NCBI GenBank assembly: GCA_021613535.1
Contig: CP075496.1
Span: forward strand, 1,364,001-1,428,000
Direction of reading: 5' to 3'
Source of the DNA: Adineta vaga
Taxonomy: Eukaryota; Animalia; Rotifera
DNA: 64,000 bases
Below are positions 1 to 14,479 of this stretch, piece by piece. Numbering within the stretch: the stretch's first letter is position 1; each line of letters begins with the position of its first letter. The notes under the pieces were generated by a model, which was not told where the DNA came from, ran no database searches, and saw nothing but the letters and a program-made list of their open reading frames with translations. The translations under genes were made by a program, and so were the position numbers.

Positions 1-157
1 TCTTTTCCTGTTTTTCTTTCTTTCTTTCTGTTTGTTTGTTTTTTTCTCTTCTGTTTCTTATATATAGTCTTGGAAATGATGAAGAAAAGAAAAGAAAATA
101 AAATTTTAAACAACTTGAAAGATTGTGTCTACAATGAGATAATCCAATTTAGTTTAG

Positions 158-829
158 ATGTCTTCATTGAATAATATTACAAAACGTTTTGCTTTGATTC
201 TTATTGACCCTCAAAATGGTTTTATAAACGATGGTTGTTGGGCACGAATGTTTCCTCCAGGTCAATCAACTCCAATTCTTGAAGCTTTTCATCATATTGT
301 ATCATTTCTTCGTTCAATACCAAATCCTTCATCGATTCCAATTTTAATCAGTGAAACAGGTTTTTCTCACCATGATCGACAAATCTTTGAACCTATTGAA
401 AATGAACTTTCACAATGCAATTTTCTCTCGATTACTCGTACTTATAAACCTCATACGAATCTTTCGGTATGTTCAGGTGTTCGTCAATGGTTACAAGAGC
501 AAGTCCATGAAAATATTGATGTTGTTATTGGTGGATGTACAATAACGTCATGTGTACGTGATTCATCAATTCAAATAAAAAAGCTCTTTCCACAATTGAA
601 ATTATTTGTGGATCAAAGTTTATGTGCAGCAAGAAAAGACAATTATATTCAAAGATGTCAAAAATGTTTGGAAAGATATATGATTCATGCATCACCACCA
701 GTAGAGGAATGTGCAGTTTGTTTAGGAAAAGATTCAAATGAAAAAAGTATTTCACCTGTCGAATTAGCTTTTCAACAAATGAAAAATGCTGGAGTGAAGG
801 TTGTTGGGCAATACACGCTGATGATTTAG
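158..829 (+). CDS. Isochorismatase-like cysteine hydrolase, intronless, with a CxxC...CxxC insertion
   Basis: ALILIDPQNGF (catalytic Asp), TYKP (Lys) and VVIGGCTITSCVRDS (Cys) match the D-K-C triad of the isochorismatase/nicotinamidase family; AATAAA at ~896. Confidence 0.75.
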   Translation: MSSLNNITKRFALILIDPQNGFINDGCWARMFPPGQSTPILEAFHHIVSFLRSIPNPSSIPILISETGFSHHDRQIFEPIENELSQCNFLSITRTYKPHTNLSVCSGVRQWLQEQVHENIDVVIGGCTITSCVRDSSIQIKKLFPQLKLFVDQSLCAARKDNYIQRCQKCLERYMIHASPPVEECAVCLGKDSNEKSISPVELAFQQMKNAGVKVVGQYTLMI

Positions 830-3800
830 ATTAATATTAATATTATTAACATTGTTTTTATTATCGTCTTTTTATATTCGTTTTGCTTTAGACAATAATA
901 AAGCATTTATTGATGATAATAAATCAGCTCGATCAGATTCAAATGAAAGATCCGTTTGTGATACAAGTAACATTTTCATGAAATTAGAAATAAATTATTA
1001 TCCTTTTGTTTAAAACCTGTTTTGATGAATAATAACAATCCAATAAGAATAAATCAACCGGCAAGTAAAGCAACGCAAAATGGTGGTAAGTTTATTTATG
1101 AGAAGAATTTAAAATGTGAATGCGTCGATTATTCTATATTCTATTCGTCATATTTACCGTTTCAGGTAAAGATATTTGAGTGCGTTTCAATGGTGTTGGA
1201 AACTGATGTGGAATGACCCTTTACAGAAAATGATCAAATAGAAACACATGTAACATGTTATTTCGATTTTTATATTCTAAATTGATATTCCATCTTTATT
1301 ATTTGAATAATGATTACATGAACAGAAACAATATCAAAAGCAGTTTGGTAGGAACGAGTAATTTTCTTTTAATTTTCAAATGATGTTCGTATACATATAA
1401 ATAGATTGCTCTTAAAATAGATCTGATGATTGTTTCATATTGTTGAGAAACATTACTTATGCAAAGAATACGTCTTCCGTCGAAGAAAATTTATACTAAA
1501 ATGTCTAAACAAAACAGAAATTTCGATGGATTGTATCGAGAACAGTGAAATGCAACTGATGATTTTTTTAGTGCTGTTTGTTATAGCGGTCTTGGTAAGA
1601 TACACTCATTAATTGTAACAAAGCAGAAATACAATCGAAAATGTTTAAATAATTTTGTATCTATCGTTAATTCGATTTAGATTATGTCTTGTAATATTTT
1701 ATAAAAATTCTTTTATATGATCGTTTTTTATTTGTTTCACTCATATTAAAAGACATTCAATCACAAATAAATCGATCGATTTCCATAAAGTTCATTATGA
1801 GAACTCAATTAAGATGGATGAGATAATAAAATCTATCTCAATGGAACAAACATATTCTATTCGATGTCATTCATCATACATATAGATTGTTCACATAACT
1901 AATAGCAATAGAAATGACGCTCATAAGTACAATTTTGTTGTCCAACTTCTTCGATGACTTTGTTCATCGACACATTGAGTAAATATATACTCAGTCATTC
2001 CTGTTTGTATGTGTGTACATGTTTCCGGTCAAACAAGTTCCTTTACTCTATATATATATATATTCTCTTTTATATAGAACGCCCATTCACTCATTCATTC
2101 GTTCGTTAGTCCAGCCTTTTGATAAAGTATAGGAAGTAGTGGTCTTCTTCTTCTCTTTTCTTCTCTTGTCTATTGCAATACTTCAAACATGATTAAAAAA
2201 TCACTCGACTTCATCTATCTCGAAGACATTCTTCATAACATGCAGAATTCCGCCCTCTTTTCTAACTGACCACTTAGACAACAACTAGTCATGCACGAGG
2301 TCTAGTCCAATATGATTATTAAACTGATGGAAATATTAGTTATGCTTAAATGAATCTATCGTAAGTGATTGTTCTTTTTTTCTTCTCTCTTTAGTCTTCA
2401 TACATGTGTACATCCTTTCCTATCTCAGGAAGCACCTTTGATGTCATACACACACGCATTGGTCAATAGAAAATTTGACGAAATGTATCTGTATTGAATA
2501 ATAACAAACGTATGTTGTGATTTGACATCAGACACTCATTCACATGCTGAGTGTGTACAAGCCTAAAGGTCATTTTCTATGTATGTGTCAGAATCAATAA
2601 AATATACACACGATGAAGACATAAAAAAGAGAGAGAGAGACCGACGACTATGATAGTTAAAACTCAACAATAATCAATGACCATCGGGCACCTATTGAGA
2701 AATGACAGTTAAACAACAATATTATAGTATGTTTGATGTTCATTCATCTAAACAGTATTTCTATTCTGACAAGAGACGAAGACAAACATCTTGTTCAATT
2801 TTTCGATTATCTATATCCATCGACCAGAAATAGACATTTTATAAACAAAGTAATGATGAATATGAGATTCATTTTCTTATCAACGTTTACATTGCCATCT
2901 AAACAAGATGAAGAAAAGGGAAAAGAAAAAGAAAAACGTATTAGTTCGTGCTCTTTTACAATTGATTATTCAAAGTCTATAAACATCATCATTTGTATTC
3001 GATTATTTGTTTAACATAAATGTATTATGATTACTTGTAACAAAAGAAAAACGAATGAACACAATCTATTTCTTTTGCTATTTTGATATATATTATAAGA
3101 ATAACTTTATGCATTTCTTTCTTTTCTGCTTCTTCTTTCTAGAAGATATTGTTGATTGAGTGTAGAAATGAACTGATCAATCAATCTATGAGAAATAGAA
3201 GTAATTATATAGTCGATTTGTGTAGTGAACGATGAACAAGAAGCAATGAGAGTGTATTGCTTCTGCTTCATTTATGAACCAATATAAGTAAGAAGAAAAG
3301 AAATTTTTTTTTCAAATAATTCATTTGGATTTAATGTTCATGTCTGCTGTTGTTCACTTTTATGTATATTATGATGATTAGGGAGCGGCAGAAGTTCAAG
3401 ACGGGTAAGTTCGAAATGATTAGTGTTATTATAATTGTTCATACGAGACTCATTTTCGTCTACGTTGTTCTTTTCTATGAAATGAAGACATACATTTATA
3501 TTTCGATGTAAAAGTTTCATACATCGATTGGTCATCTATGAAGATCAGAAATAGTAGCAGACTAAACATACGACTGACTGGCTTGTTCATGTCTAATTGC
3601 AGTCATCGAATAGTACTAACTACTTCGATCGGTAGACATACATACCATATAGAGATGTGTGTCAGTGAAAGAAAGAACTAATATTATGTTCTTGTTCGTT
3701 GAATATGTTTACTAATGATCGAGCTTCTTTCTTATTCCGATCGTTCGTTGATTCAAGGCTAAAAAGATTTTTATATATGCTCGAATAAAAAGCGAAGAGA

Positions 3801-3947
3801 AGAGAAGATCCTTTTAGCACCATTGCTCATTTTGTCAAGATAGAACATCACTTTTCTTCTTCTTCTTCTTTCTCTTTTCTTATACAACACTCTCAAGTCC
3901 GAACGATCTCGTTATTATTCAATTAGCAGTTGATTTCATCTGTTTCA

Positions 3948-3983
3948 CGAACGAATGAACGAGCGAACGAACGAACGAACGAA
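3948..3983. repeat. (GAAC)n microsatellite
   Basis: Imperfect tandem tetranucleotide run. Confidence 0.7.
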
Positions 3984-5622
3984 TAAGTAATCGACGTGTT
4001 CATTGAGAAAGTCAATTTGAATATAATAAAACATGAACATTGTATCTGGTGTAAATGAGATATGAAAGATCAGTAAAACTGGAATTAGAGAGAGACCTAA
4101 ATCTATATTGATTTATCATGCTTCTCCTTGAGACATTGCGTCGTGTGCTTATTGCGCCTTCCAGCTAACCTTGAATCTTTATCATTTAACGAATAAGTAT
4201 AATGAAAAAAAGCATACATCTTCTCTAGCAGTATTATTTCCTTTCTGTTAGTTAAAAACGGAACGAGAGATCGCGTGTAACAAAGTCTAAAAGGAATTAT
4301 GATGTTTGCTGTGTAACATGAGAAATCTTAGTAGCTAGAAGCAGAACCAAACCAATTATGTTTGAACTTCAGTCTTTAAGATGTATATGATACCTCCCGA
4401 GGCCTCAACGTCCATACTTTGACATATATATATATATACATATAACATGCACACTATCGATAATTATTTTTCAATAACGCACTTGTTTGATGGATGCGTT
4501 GCATCATTTTTTCTGTCTTTCTCTCTTTCTCTCTTGTTGTATGTATAGAGGAATGTCGATTAGCCGTTTTTTCCCATTCTATTAGTTGACTTCTTCTAAT
4601 GTGCATGTTCCGATTGAACGACCTGTCGAATGGTTCATTTAAACAAGTGGATGGTAACTTCAAAAGCAGAGCGGTCTTCGTTGCTTTTTCAACTGATTGA
4701 TGTTCACAGTCCGTTACAGTTGATAAGATATATACATACATTCGAATATCAGAAATAAGTAGATACACGTGCTTTTAAATATTTTAATACTACAAGGTCT
4801 CCTTCTTCTTCTTCTTCTTTTTCTTGTGGTGTCATAAAATATACTTGTGTATGTATTTGTAGTTGATCACTACTACTATGCAATGAAATTCGAGTGCATT
4901 TTACGTAAGCTGGCCTATCATACACTTGAATAAAGAAGCCTTTTGTATATTCGTTTGTAGAAAAGGAGAAAAGTAAGGTACAAATTAATAAATATAGAGA
5001 TGTAAGAAATAGTGACAGAGAAAGAAAAGAGGAGAGATAAAAAAATATTCAAAAACGCCTTCTTATTCTTTCCCTCTTCAATTCTTTTTGTTATCGATGA
5101 GGCAGGAGAGAAAGTAGAACTTATGTTCTCTCCCTCCCTCTCCCTCTTCTCTGTTCAGTCTCGATTTCATCACCAAAAAAGAACAGTACGTGAGTATATT
5201 AAAAGAATATCGGACAGAAAATCTGCCAGATTACATCATAGAAAACATCAGTAAGATCTGTTCGTTATCAATCGAACTCTAACGATCTGATCCTTATTAT
5301 ACGCATATATTCAGTTGCCTGCAGTGTTGTCCATCCATTCGTCCGTCAGTCAATCAGTATTTACCCATCGAACACATATCAGACAACTTCTTCCATATGA
5401 TTTGTTTATACAATCACTAAGCATAGATATACATCATACATTGGTGGTCATTTAAGTATGCCTTTATATTCATTTTGTTTTTGCGTAATACGATCGTCAT
5501 AGTCGAATTCACGTTGTGTCAATCAATGAACACAGCAGTGATTATTGTGAAGTGTGAACAGATAGCTATTAACGATGATATATACATACAATCCTGTCAA
5601 AAGGATCTATGTTGATGTGTGC

Positions 5623-5653
<31 letters not shown>

Positions 5654-5896
5654 GAAGATGTCATCTTAAATAGAGTTATATTTGAATGAGAAAAAAACAA
5701 ATAAAATGTCTAGACATTAAATATCAAGTAAGAATGAATCTGAGTCGTGTTTTTCATTTGTAAAAAAATTGATAATTAATAGATTTCAAGGTTATTTATA
5801 TAAACTAAATCGAATTGTTTGTTTATCCTTTAATTAGTCATTGATATGTATATATTATCATTTTAGATATATCAGATGTGTTTAATTCTACTTCGA

Positions 5897-8800
5897 ATGA
5901 GTACCATCTGTTTTCTACTCATTGGAATACTTGTTATTCCTATTTCAACAAATTTAATCTTGCCTGAATATGGTAAATATGTGTGAAATGAATGAAAAGG
6001 TTAATTATATAGATTTTGTACGTCTCTTTTTCAGAACATTGTGATGCACCATTGGGAATGGAATCAGGTACAATTACTGATAATGATTTAAGTTCAAGTT
6101 CAACACATGATGTGAGCAGTGTGGGAGCACAAATGGCAAGGTAAAAGAATCATTTTGAAAAGAAATGAATGAAACCTTATGGAAATTTCTTTTTTAACTG
6201 TATAAATAGAATTCGTAGTGAAATTGAAGGCGGAGCATGGTGCCCGGACAAACCAATTGGCATCAATTCATATGAATATCTTGAAATTGAATTATCGCAA
6301 TTATTTTTTATAAATTCGATCGAAACACAAGGTCGATTTGGTAATGGACAAGGTAGAGAATATGCAGAATTTTATCAAATTCAATATCAACGTGACAATC
6401 AATCATTAGATTGGATTACTTATCAAAATAAAATTACAAATAAAACGGTAAATCATCATCATCATCATTTTCACACTAAAAATCATTTCATTTAATTCGT
6501 TCTTCAGATTCTCAATGGAAATACAAATACATATATCGCAGAAAAACGTCTACTTTCTTCACCAATCTTAGCAAAACGTGTTCGAATTATTCCTTACAGT
6601 CAACGATGGCGAACAGTTTGTATGCGAGTTGAACTTTACGGATGTCCTTATTATGGTAAGAAGTATTTGACATAATTATTGAAATCTTTTATTCATATTT
6701 AGGTGGTGTAATATCGTATACAACTTCACCAAGTATTGATAAAGACAACACATATGATGGTAAGATCGTTCGTATGAAATATCATAAATTTAATTATGTG
6801 TAAATTAGGTGGAATTGGAAAATTAACGGATGGAATTATTGGTGGTGATGAAAATAATTGGATTAGTTGGAATAAATCACCTGTTATAATGGAATTTCAG
6901 TTTGATATGTCACGTCATTTTAAAACAATACAAATTTATACAATGAATAATAAATATGAATCTGTCGAAGTTAAATTTGATGATAATCTTATCGTTAAAC
7001 ATCAACTATCATCAATGGAATCTTCATTATCGACAGTATTTTTTGATAGAATTCAATTAAGTAAATATGGAAATGAATTTATTGGAAAAAGATTACAAAT
7101 GAAATTTGAATTTAATAATCAGCAACTTCTTTTTCTTACGGAAATTACTTTTGATAATGAACTATCAACATCCGTAATACAAAATACGACAAATTGTTCT
7201 ACAAATTTAGTCGTAAATCACAATTCTACACAGGGAACTTCATCATTCGTCATCTTTAAATTCGAATGGTTGACGATCATCATTATTTCAATACTTTTCA
7301 TCGGATTTCTTCTTCTTCTTCTTCTTCTACTTACTATCTATCGAATTCGTCATAAACGTCGTTCACACCATCGTTTACGACAAGATAGTAATCTCTATTA
7401 CAAATCATCTCAAATGACAACGACAACAAGTGGTTCATGTACATCCACAACATCAAGTGAACATGATGGAAGTACATTACCTGTAGCGCAAAAGATTACT
7501 CAAATGTTTCTATCGAATAAATACGATGATGCGAATAGTGAACACCAATCGATGGGTTCATATATTTATCCAATTACTTCAACAACATCATTATTACAAA
7601 CAACGCCATCATCATCTGTATTTCAAGGAGAACAATATGCAGTTATCGATGGAAATTATTCATCAAATACTTATAAACAATGGTCAACAAATAATGTAAG
7701 AGTTAGAAATGATATCCTCGATATCTAATCGAAATTATTTTCTTTTAGACATTTCATTATGCATCATCTGATATTGAACAAATTGATAAAGTTCATTACA
7801 ATCAAAGAACTAGTTTATTTAATTGTATTATTCCTCGAGAAGTTCTTCCATCGAAAACTTCTCATGTATCTCCAGCGAATATCGATGAATCGAAATTAAT
7901 TGCCATTCGAAAAGTATCGGAAAGTAAAAATGGTGAAATTTATTTTGGAAATTATTTTATTAATAATGAACCGAAATCGATATTAATTAAAATAATCAAA
8001 GCAAATTTAATTAATTCATCACGGTAAAGTTGATTTTGACTTTTTCGGAAGAAAAACTTGCATATTTATTGTATTTAGACAAACATTTCTCAATGAATTA
8101 GAGATTTTATCACGTTTAAATCATCCCAATCTTTCATGTTTATATGGTATTCAACTTAATTCTCTTTATCTTGTTCAAGAACATTCACATTTCGGAAGTT
8201 TACAAGATTATTTTCGTACATTATCAAATCATCAAACAAATGATTCAACCTTTCAAAAGTACAAATGAATCAATGAGATTTTTATTTGTTAATCTTTCTT
8301 TGTTGATTTTAGGATGAATATGTATTTTGCATATCAATTAGCACATGCTCTTCAGTATTTATCACAATTAAATCTCATTCATGGAGATGTTGCAACACGA
8401 AATTGTCTCTTTTATGCAGATTATATGATTAAATTAACAGATTGTGCAATGGCTTTACCACAATATCAACATGAATATTGGATGGGAACAAATGGACAAT
8501 TAATGCCATTGAGATGGATGGCACCAGAAGCATTGAGAGTAAATGAAACTTGTTTAAAAGAAAATATAAATGTTGTTCTTTTCTTTCTAAAATTTTTAGA
8601 CGACAACAACAATTAAATCCGATGTATATTCATTTGCAGTAACTTTATGGGAAATTTGGTCACGTTGTTCATGTTTACCATATGTATCTTTAACAAATGA
8701 AGAACTTTATCAGCGTATTCTTGTGCGACAAAATGAAACGAAGAATGATGTATCATTCAATCTTTCTGTTCCACCGGATTGTCCAAAAGAAATTTATGAT

Positions 8801-8914
8801 TTATTATGTGAATGTTGGCATATTGACGGAATTAAACGTCCAAATATAGCTGATATTGCACATTATTTTCGACGACAAATCGATGCGACACGTTTAAATC
8901 CTAGTTCATCGTGA
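5897..8914 (+). CDS. DDR: Discoidin domain receptor (DDR)-like receptor tyrosine kinase, multi-exon, degenerate kinase motifs
   Basis: Signal peptide MSTICFLLIGILV; discoidin motifs CDAPLGMESG, GGAWCP, ETQGRFGNGQGREYAE, VCMRVELYGC; TM helix at ~7270-7340; kinase motifs HGDVATRNCL, PLRWMAPE, KSDVYSFAVTLWEI, CPKEIYDLLCECW; GT-AG introns. Confidence 0.9.
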
Positions 8915-9239
8915 AATATGTTTTGTATCAGTGTTGTAATTGTAATTGTCACAGTTTGTTTTTATTTGTATTTTATTTTACATATGGCAATGAAATCATG
9001 TTTGTTTCTATTCTCAGGGTGTTGTTCTTTTTTCTTTTTTTGAAACTATAAATGTTTGTGCACACGTTCTCGATTTCATTTTATATTTCAATCAAATGAA
9101 AGAAAAAAACAAATGTCTTCATAGAATAGGTGTAGTATTATTTGAATTAGATGAATGAGAAGTTTCTCGTTCAAAACATAAAAGATAACTCCAATCAGCG
9201 AATATAATTAACAAAAGTCGTATAACACGAACAAAAAAA

Positions 9240-10243
9240 TTAATGGGAGATTTCTATTTTGTTCTGAGGTCCTAACGTAGGTAAGTCTAAATATTGACAT
9301 CGTAATAGCTTCTCTTTTATCTTTTCGTTTGCTTGTCGTATAAGCTGTCCAATTTCTCCATCATCATCGCACTCTAGCGCGGCATAAAATGCCTCATTTA
9401 TACACTCATTTGTCATTTCTGATTGAGCGTATGATCGTCGATTATTCTCAATACGAATATGAAAATATTGTAGCGTCATTTGGAAGTCTACGAAAGGATT
9501 TAGTTCAAGATATAGTATCATTATTAATAGATGGAAAACGAAGGGTCCTTGATAATAAGAAATATGTTATTCTGGAGTTTTAGCACAATGTATCACTAAA
9601 CCCGTATGAGTACATACACCAATTAATACATGACACATCGATATATGATAGTGCATTAATATTTCAAACGAAAATATAAAAACTGTAAGTATTAGACAAT
9701 GATTTAGTCGAAACCAAAAAAGAATCGATGATTTGCAATTATCTGGAACATAAATATATAATGAACCGACAAAATAATCTTGTTTTAATATTTGATAACA
9801 TTGATCATTTGTTAGAATATGTTCGATACAATACCAGTTAAGTGTCAAGAATATCATTTGAATCGAGAAAATTAACCAGATACGTCTTTTTTCGAAAATG
9901 TTAAGGAATTGATAGACATCATGCATTATTTTATCTACAAAAGAAAGTGTCATATATGAATAATCACACTTATAAATGATATTGATCACAGATAACTTAT
10001 ACTTTTCAAACAAACTATGTTTCATATTAAAGTTGTATATGGTTAGGGATAGAGATTGTTGATAATATTTATTTCTATATTCTTGAGGGTGAGTTTATAA
10101 TTTAACGCACGAGCGACAAAAAGCGAATGTAATATGAAGATATATTCAGTGATATTGATTAAATGAAAAGACATAACAGGATGAGTGTACTGTAAAATAA
10201 AGAGAAATGTAAGAACTAGATGTAATGAGAAAACACTCGACAA
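9240..10243 (-). pseudogene. Disrupted intronless multi-pass membrane protein gene (~330 codons)
   Basis: ORFs 9567-10025 and 9240-9521 are in the same frame, separated by one TAA (read-through gives HISYYQGPFVFHLLIM); ORF 10043-10243 joins by a frameshift near 10095. Confidence 0.6.
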
Positions 10244-11130
10244 TGCTTATACATTAATGAATACTATAATCAAAAGATAGGCAACGAGTAAGGTCAGACA
10301 AGATGAACTTTATTTTCGATTTATACAGTAACGTACATTATACTTACTTGGTACTCAACGTTTCAATTACGAATTGTCAGACAGACCAACACAAGTGTAT
10401 TACTTGTCGGGATAGTAATAAAATATATCCGAGCTGCTATAAATCGCTCTCGCCGTACCGTTTCTTATTTATAGGATAGATGATTACCATTAAATAGACT
10501 GAAAACATTCAAATCGAATATACCATTCGTATTCTAATACTTCACACTAACATATACATTCCGTTCGCTGTGACAGACAAATACTTTTGATCAAGATCTA
10601 TACCAAAAACTATCATGTACCTATTTTGATCGATTTATTAATCTAAGGTTACTTAGAAGCTGTACAGAAAAATATTTATCAGATCTTTTACGATTATATG
10701 AACACTCAATGCTTAAACTGGAATTTGTTAAATAGAAAACGACTGATTTTTCATTAAATTTGCATCATTTAGACAAGTAATCACTAATTATATGCTATTT
10801 GAACAATTCCAAATAAATGGGTATTTCTCATGCAAATACTAGCTAGGTCTTATTTTGCACTATACTATAGTCAATCAGGTTCATATTATCTGACTTTATT
10901 TCATAGTTACTGCTGATATGTAGAGCTAATAATTTCAAAAATGAAATGAGACTTCGTATAGATGAATAACAAAACATCGAGCGAAAAACTGAAACGAAGG
11001 AAAATCTGACTTTCATAAATAAAAAATGAAGTATATCTCACAATATTTTTTTAATATTATGAGTTATTATCATGGTGTTTGTTAATCTGAAACGACATAG
11101 AAAAATTTCATTCATTATATATTTATCTAA

Positions 11131-11659
11131 TTACGCATCACTTATTACTGTCTTAGCATAAAAATATAATACTGCAGGCACTGACCAACACGTTAGCAGA
11201 AATATTATTAAAACAATAAAATCTGGTATTAAAATTGATGTACAACCTAACAGTACTTGAATCAATAAAACAATGAATAGGGATTGTGCACATGGAAGAT
11301 TGAGTTGACACACAATTAACGATACTAAATAAAATAATGAAATCCTAAAAACACATTTAACCGAAGTTGTTTTCATCGAATTTGAAATGTGTTTTTCAAT
11401 CATCGCCATTATTTGTTGAAAAGATACTTCCAACAAAGACCTGTCATCCTGTTCTATCATGCATTAAGCTATATAACATATATAGCATTATCAGACATGT
11501 GATGACGGCTTATACTCGACTTCGTCTCATTTTCTCTAATTGTGTGCATTCTTTATCTTTTTCGTTAATAGACGATTTTAAGCTATTCGAATCTGTGAGT
11601 TTTGTATGAATAGTTTTATTCGATTTTTTTTGTTTAATGATATGTTGAGAACGTGCCAT
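11131..11659 (-). pseudogene. Small membrane protein gene with an apparent frameshift
   Basis: Exon MARSQHIIK...RRSR, then a GTATAAG...TAG intron, then CTT AAT GCA TGA, which is out of frame with the hydrophobic 109-aa ORF 11131-11460. Confidence 0.4.
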
Positions 11660-12986
11660 TTCTTCCTGTGAAATAATAACTACAAGAAAGTTAATTTCAC
11701 TGATTTATTGGACAAAAAAACAATTATCCTACCTGAAATTCGTTTCAAAGACAGAAGTTTATTAAAGACAACGATCACACGAATGAATATCCCGATAGAA
11801 TAACAACAACTGCTTTTCGAGAATGGAGAGATTGAAAACAAGAAAAGAGATCAAATCGAAACCAGATAGTTTGACCGCAACGATAAAATTGGGGAAAAAT
11901 GTATGTGAGAGGAAGAACGAACGAAACGGAGACTAATGTACTTTAGAACAACAGGAAATAGGGTCTTATAAAACATGGAAGATAAATGAACGAAGTTAGC
12001 GTCGAAAGGCAACTGAACAACGAAATATTATTCATACATATTAGATACAATTACTGAAGATAAATGTGGATAAACCGATGAAATAGCAGCGTATATGTTT
12101 TTAAAAAGAGAGGAGATCGTCAAATTCTGATCCTATGTTCTTTTTTCTAAACTTATTGCTTCTAGATCACAACAAAAGAAAATATGATATAAAATAAAGT
12201 TGATATGGCGGTGTATATCATGTAAATTTTATGATAAATGCATTTAAAAATTATTTCTGATAAATATCAACCTTTCTTTCAGAAAAAGGAACTGTGAAGA
12301 AAATTTCATTTAATTAGAAAAATCATCTTTTCGAACAACTTACTTGGTTTATTAATCAGTAAAAAGAATCCGATTGAAAACTACGATCGTAAAATATCAA
12401 AAGTTGACTCAGACGAACGTACGCTATTTTTTGTCAAAACCATCCTTGGTAATACTGAATTAGTTTCTGATAGTTTGTAATGGTAAATTTCTTTGAGTAG
12501 AGTGCCTTGAACTTTAACTTTATTCACAAATCAACAGACTCTTCCATCCGAGAAGAGAGCAGAAAAGAACACAAGGAAAAAACATTGTGTACAATTGGTG
12601 TTCTCCGCTCAGAGCGGGATGTAATATGATTGGTCATATTACTCAAGATTTCTTTTAGCGATGAGATAGATAGACAGATGAATATTGATATAAATGATAT
12701 TGTCTATGTATTTCGTTCTTTTTTGCTGTTATAAAATTTGATAGAAATATCCGAAATCTTGAGAATATCAGATTTGCGACATCAAATTGAAAAAAAAGAA
12801 GAATGATTGTAAATGAACTCATTTTATTTCTTAATAATCCATAAGAAAAAAACAAAATTTCGAATTTTCCAGGACAAAAACACTTATCCTGTATAGGCTC
12901 TATATTTTGACGAGGAGAGGCTACGAACGCTGATGTTTATATCATACCATGATAACTATTGATATATAAAATATATTTTTATAAAA

Positions 12987-14101
12987 ATGGAATATTCGTG
13001 TGTTCAATTAACTGATTTACCTGATGAAATTCTTATGATTATATTTAAAAAACTGCGTAATGTCGAAGCACTATACTCTTTAACAGATGTTAATACACGA
13101 TTAAATAAAATATTACATGACCCAGTTTTCACTAGTGTATTAACATTGATGGATCGTTCTGTAAATAATCGCATCTGTTCATTATCTTATCCAATACTTC
13201 ATCGATTTTATTTACAAATTTTACCTCAAATTCATCATAAAATTCAATGGCTAAGTCTTGAAATATCAACCATGTACATAATTCCTTCTAAAAATGATCC
13301 TAATTTATACGGACTTGGTTTCTATGGCATTCGAATACAAGAAGTTCGATGTCTCTTTACAAGTAAGATAGTTTTATTTAATTATTAGAATAGTGTCATT
13401 GATATTATTGAAGTAATAACGAACGAGTGTAGTAGAAGGTTAGATTTGTATGTGTTGCCAAGTTAATTGAAAAAAAAACACAACTAAGATAATCTATGTT
13501 ATGATCGAAGTAGTTTGAAAAATAGCACGATCTTCAATGGCTTTCAATTTATGTTTAGATGAATATTTTCTTTACAGATTCAAAGATCAAATTTCGTCAC
13601 TTATTGTCGATATTACTGAGAGTAATGAAAAAAATTCAACAGAAATTATTCGATTTATATTTACAAATATCTGTATTGTGTTTACTAATTTACGATCTTT
13701 AAAATTCGCTTCATCTTTAAATCAATGTCAAGAATTATCATTTCGATCATTTGATACTTCACTTCTACGTGTTTTTTCTTCAAGTTTATCAGAATTACGG
13801 TAGTGAACAAATGAATAAACGAACTAGAAAATCAAACAATGATGATGAAAATTTATCATGTATTAAATATTATCATCATCTTGCAAAACTTCGATTGTCT
13901 GCAGCTCACGAAGATTATCTTGAAGAGTTTTTACTTAATACAAAAACGTATTTACTAAATCATGTGTATCTTTCGGCTGACCATGAGCAACTTAAACGAG
14001 TGACAGATAACTTTACGCGAGATACAACACGGATCAATTGTTCGAAAATGATTTTAACTTATGATATATATCATACTCGTCGTGAATATGATATTTCTTA
14101 G
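12987..14101 (+). pseudogene. F-box protein (bdelloid-expanded family), internally deleted and frameshifted
   Basis: F-box LTDLPDEILMIIFKKL; intron ~13363-13558; exon 2 stops at SELR*, while the family-type C-terminus (HEDYLEEFLLNTKT...VTDNFTRDTTRINC) is in another frame. Confidence 0.7.
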
Positions 14102-14479
14102 GATAGATAAAAATCAGATTAAAATTCATTTGTGTCTTGAAAATAAATTGTTTTCCAACAATATCTTGTAATCAACTTGTATTGTATTATGCGTTAGAAA
14201 TAATTACGTTGAGTTTCAGAATTTCTAACGAGAAAAACTGCTAACAAAATCGTTTGAGCTCTGCCAATAAGATAAGATTATTTTGATTAGTTGAATTATT
14301 TATTGGAAAGTTTGATAAGATGATTCAGAAAGAAAAAGACAAACGATTTAGTAAACAATTTTTAATAGGTTGTTTTACTATTTTCGATTAAGAAGTAAGC
14401 TAACATCATTTATGTTCATTTGATTATACAGCGATGTTGTCTAATGGTGTTAATGCTACTAGCCTAATCAATATACAAC

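Noticed and set aside
1022-5254. Short track ORFs upstream of DDR
   Set aside because: Low-complexity or microsatellite-derived; no motifs or exon chains.
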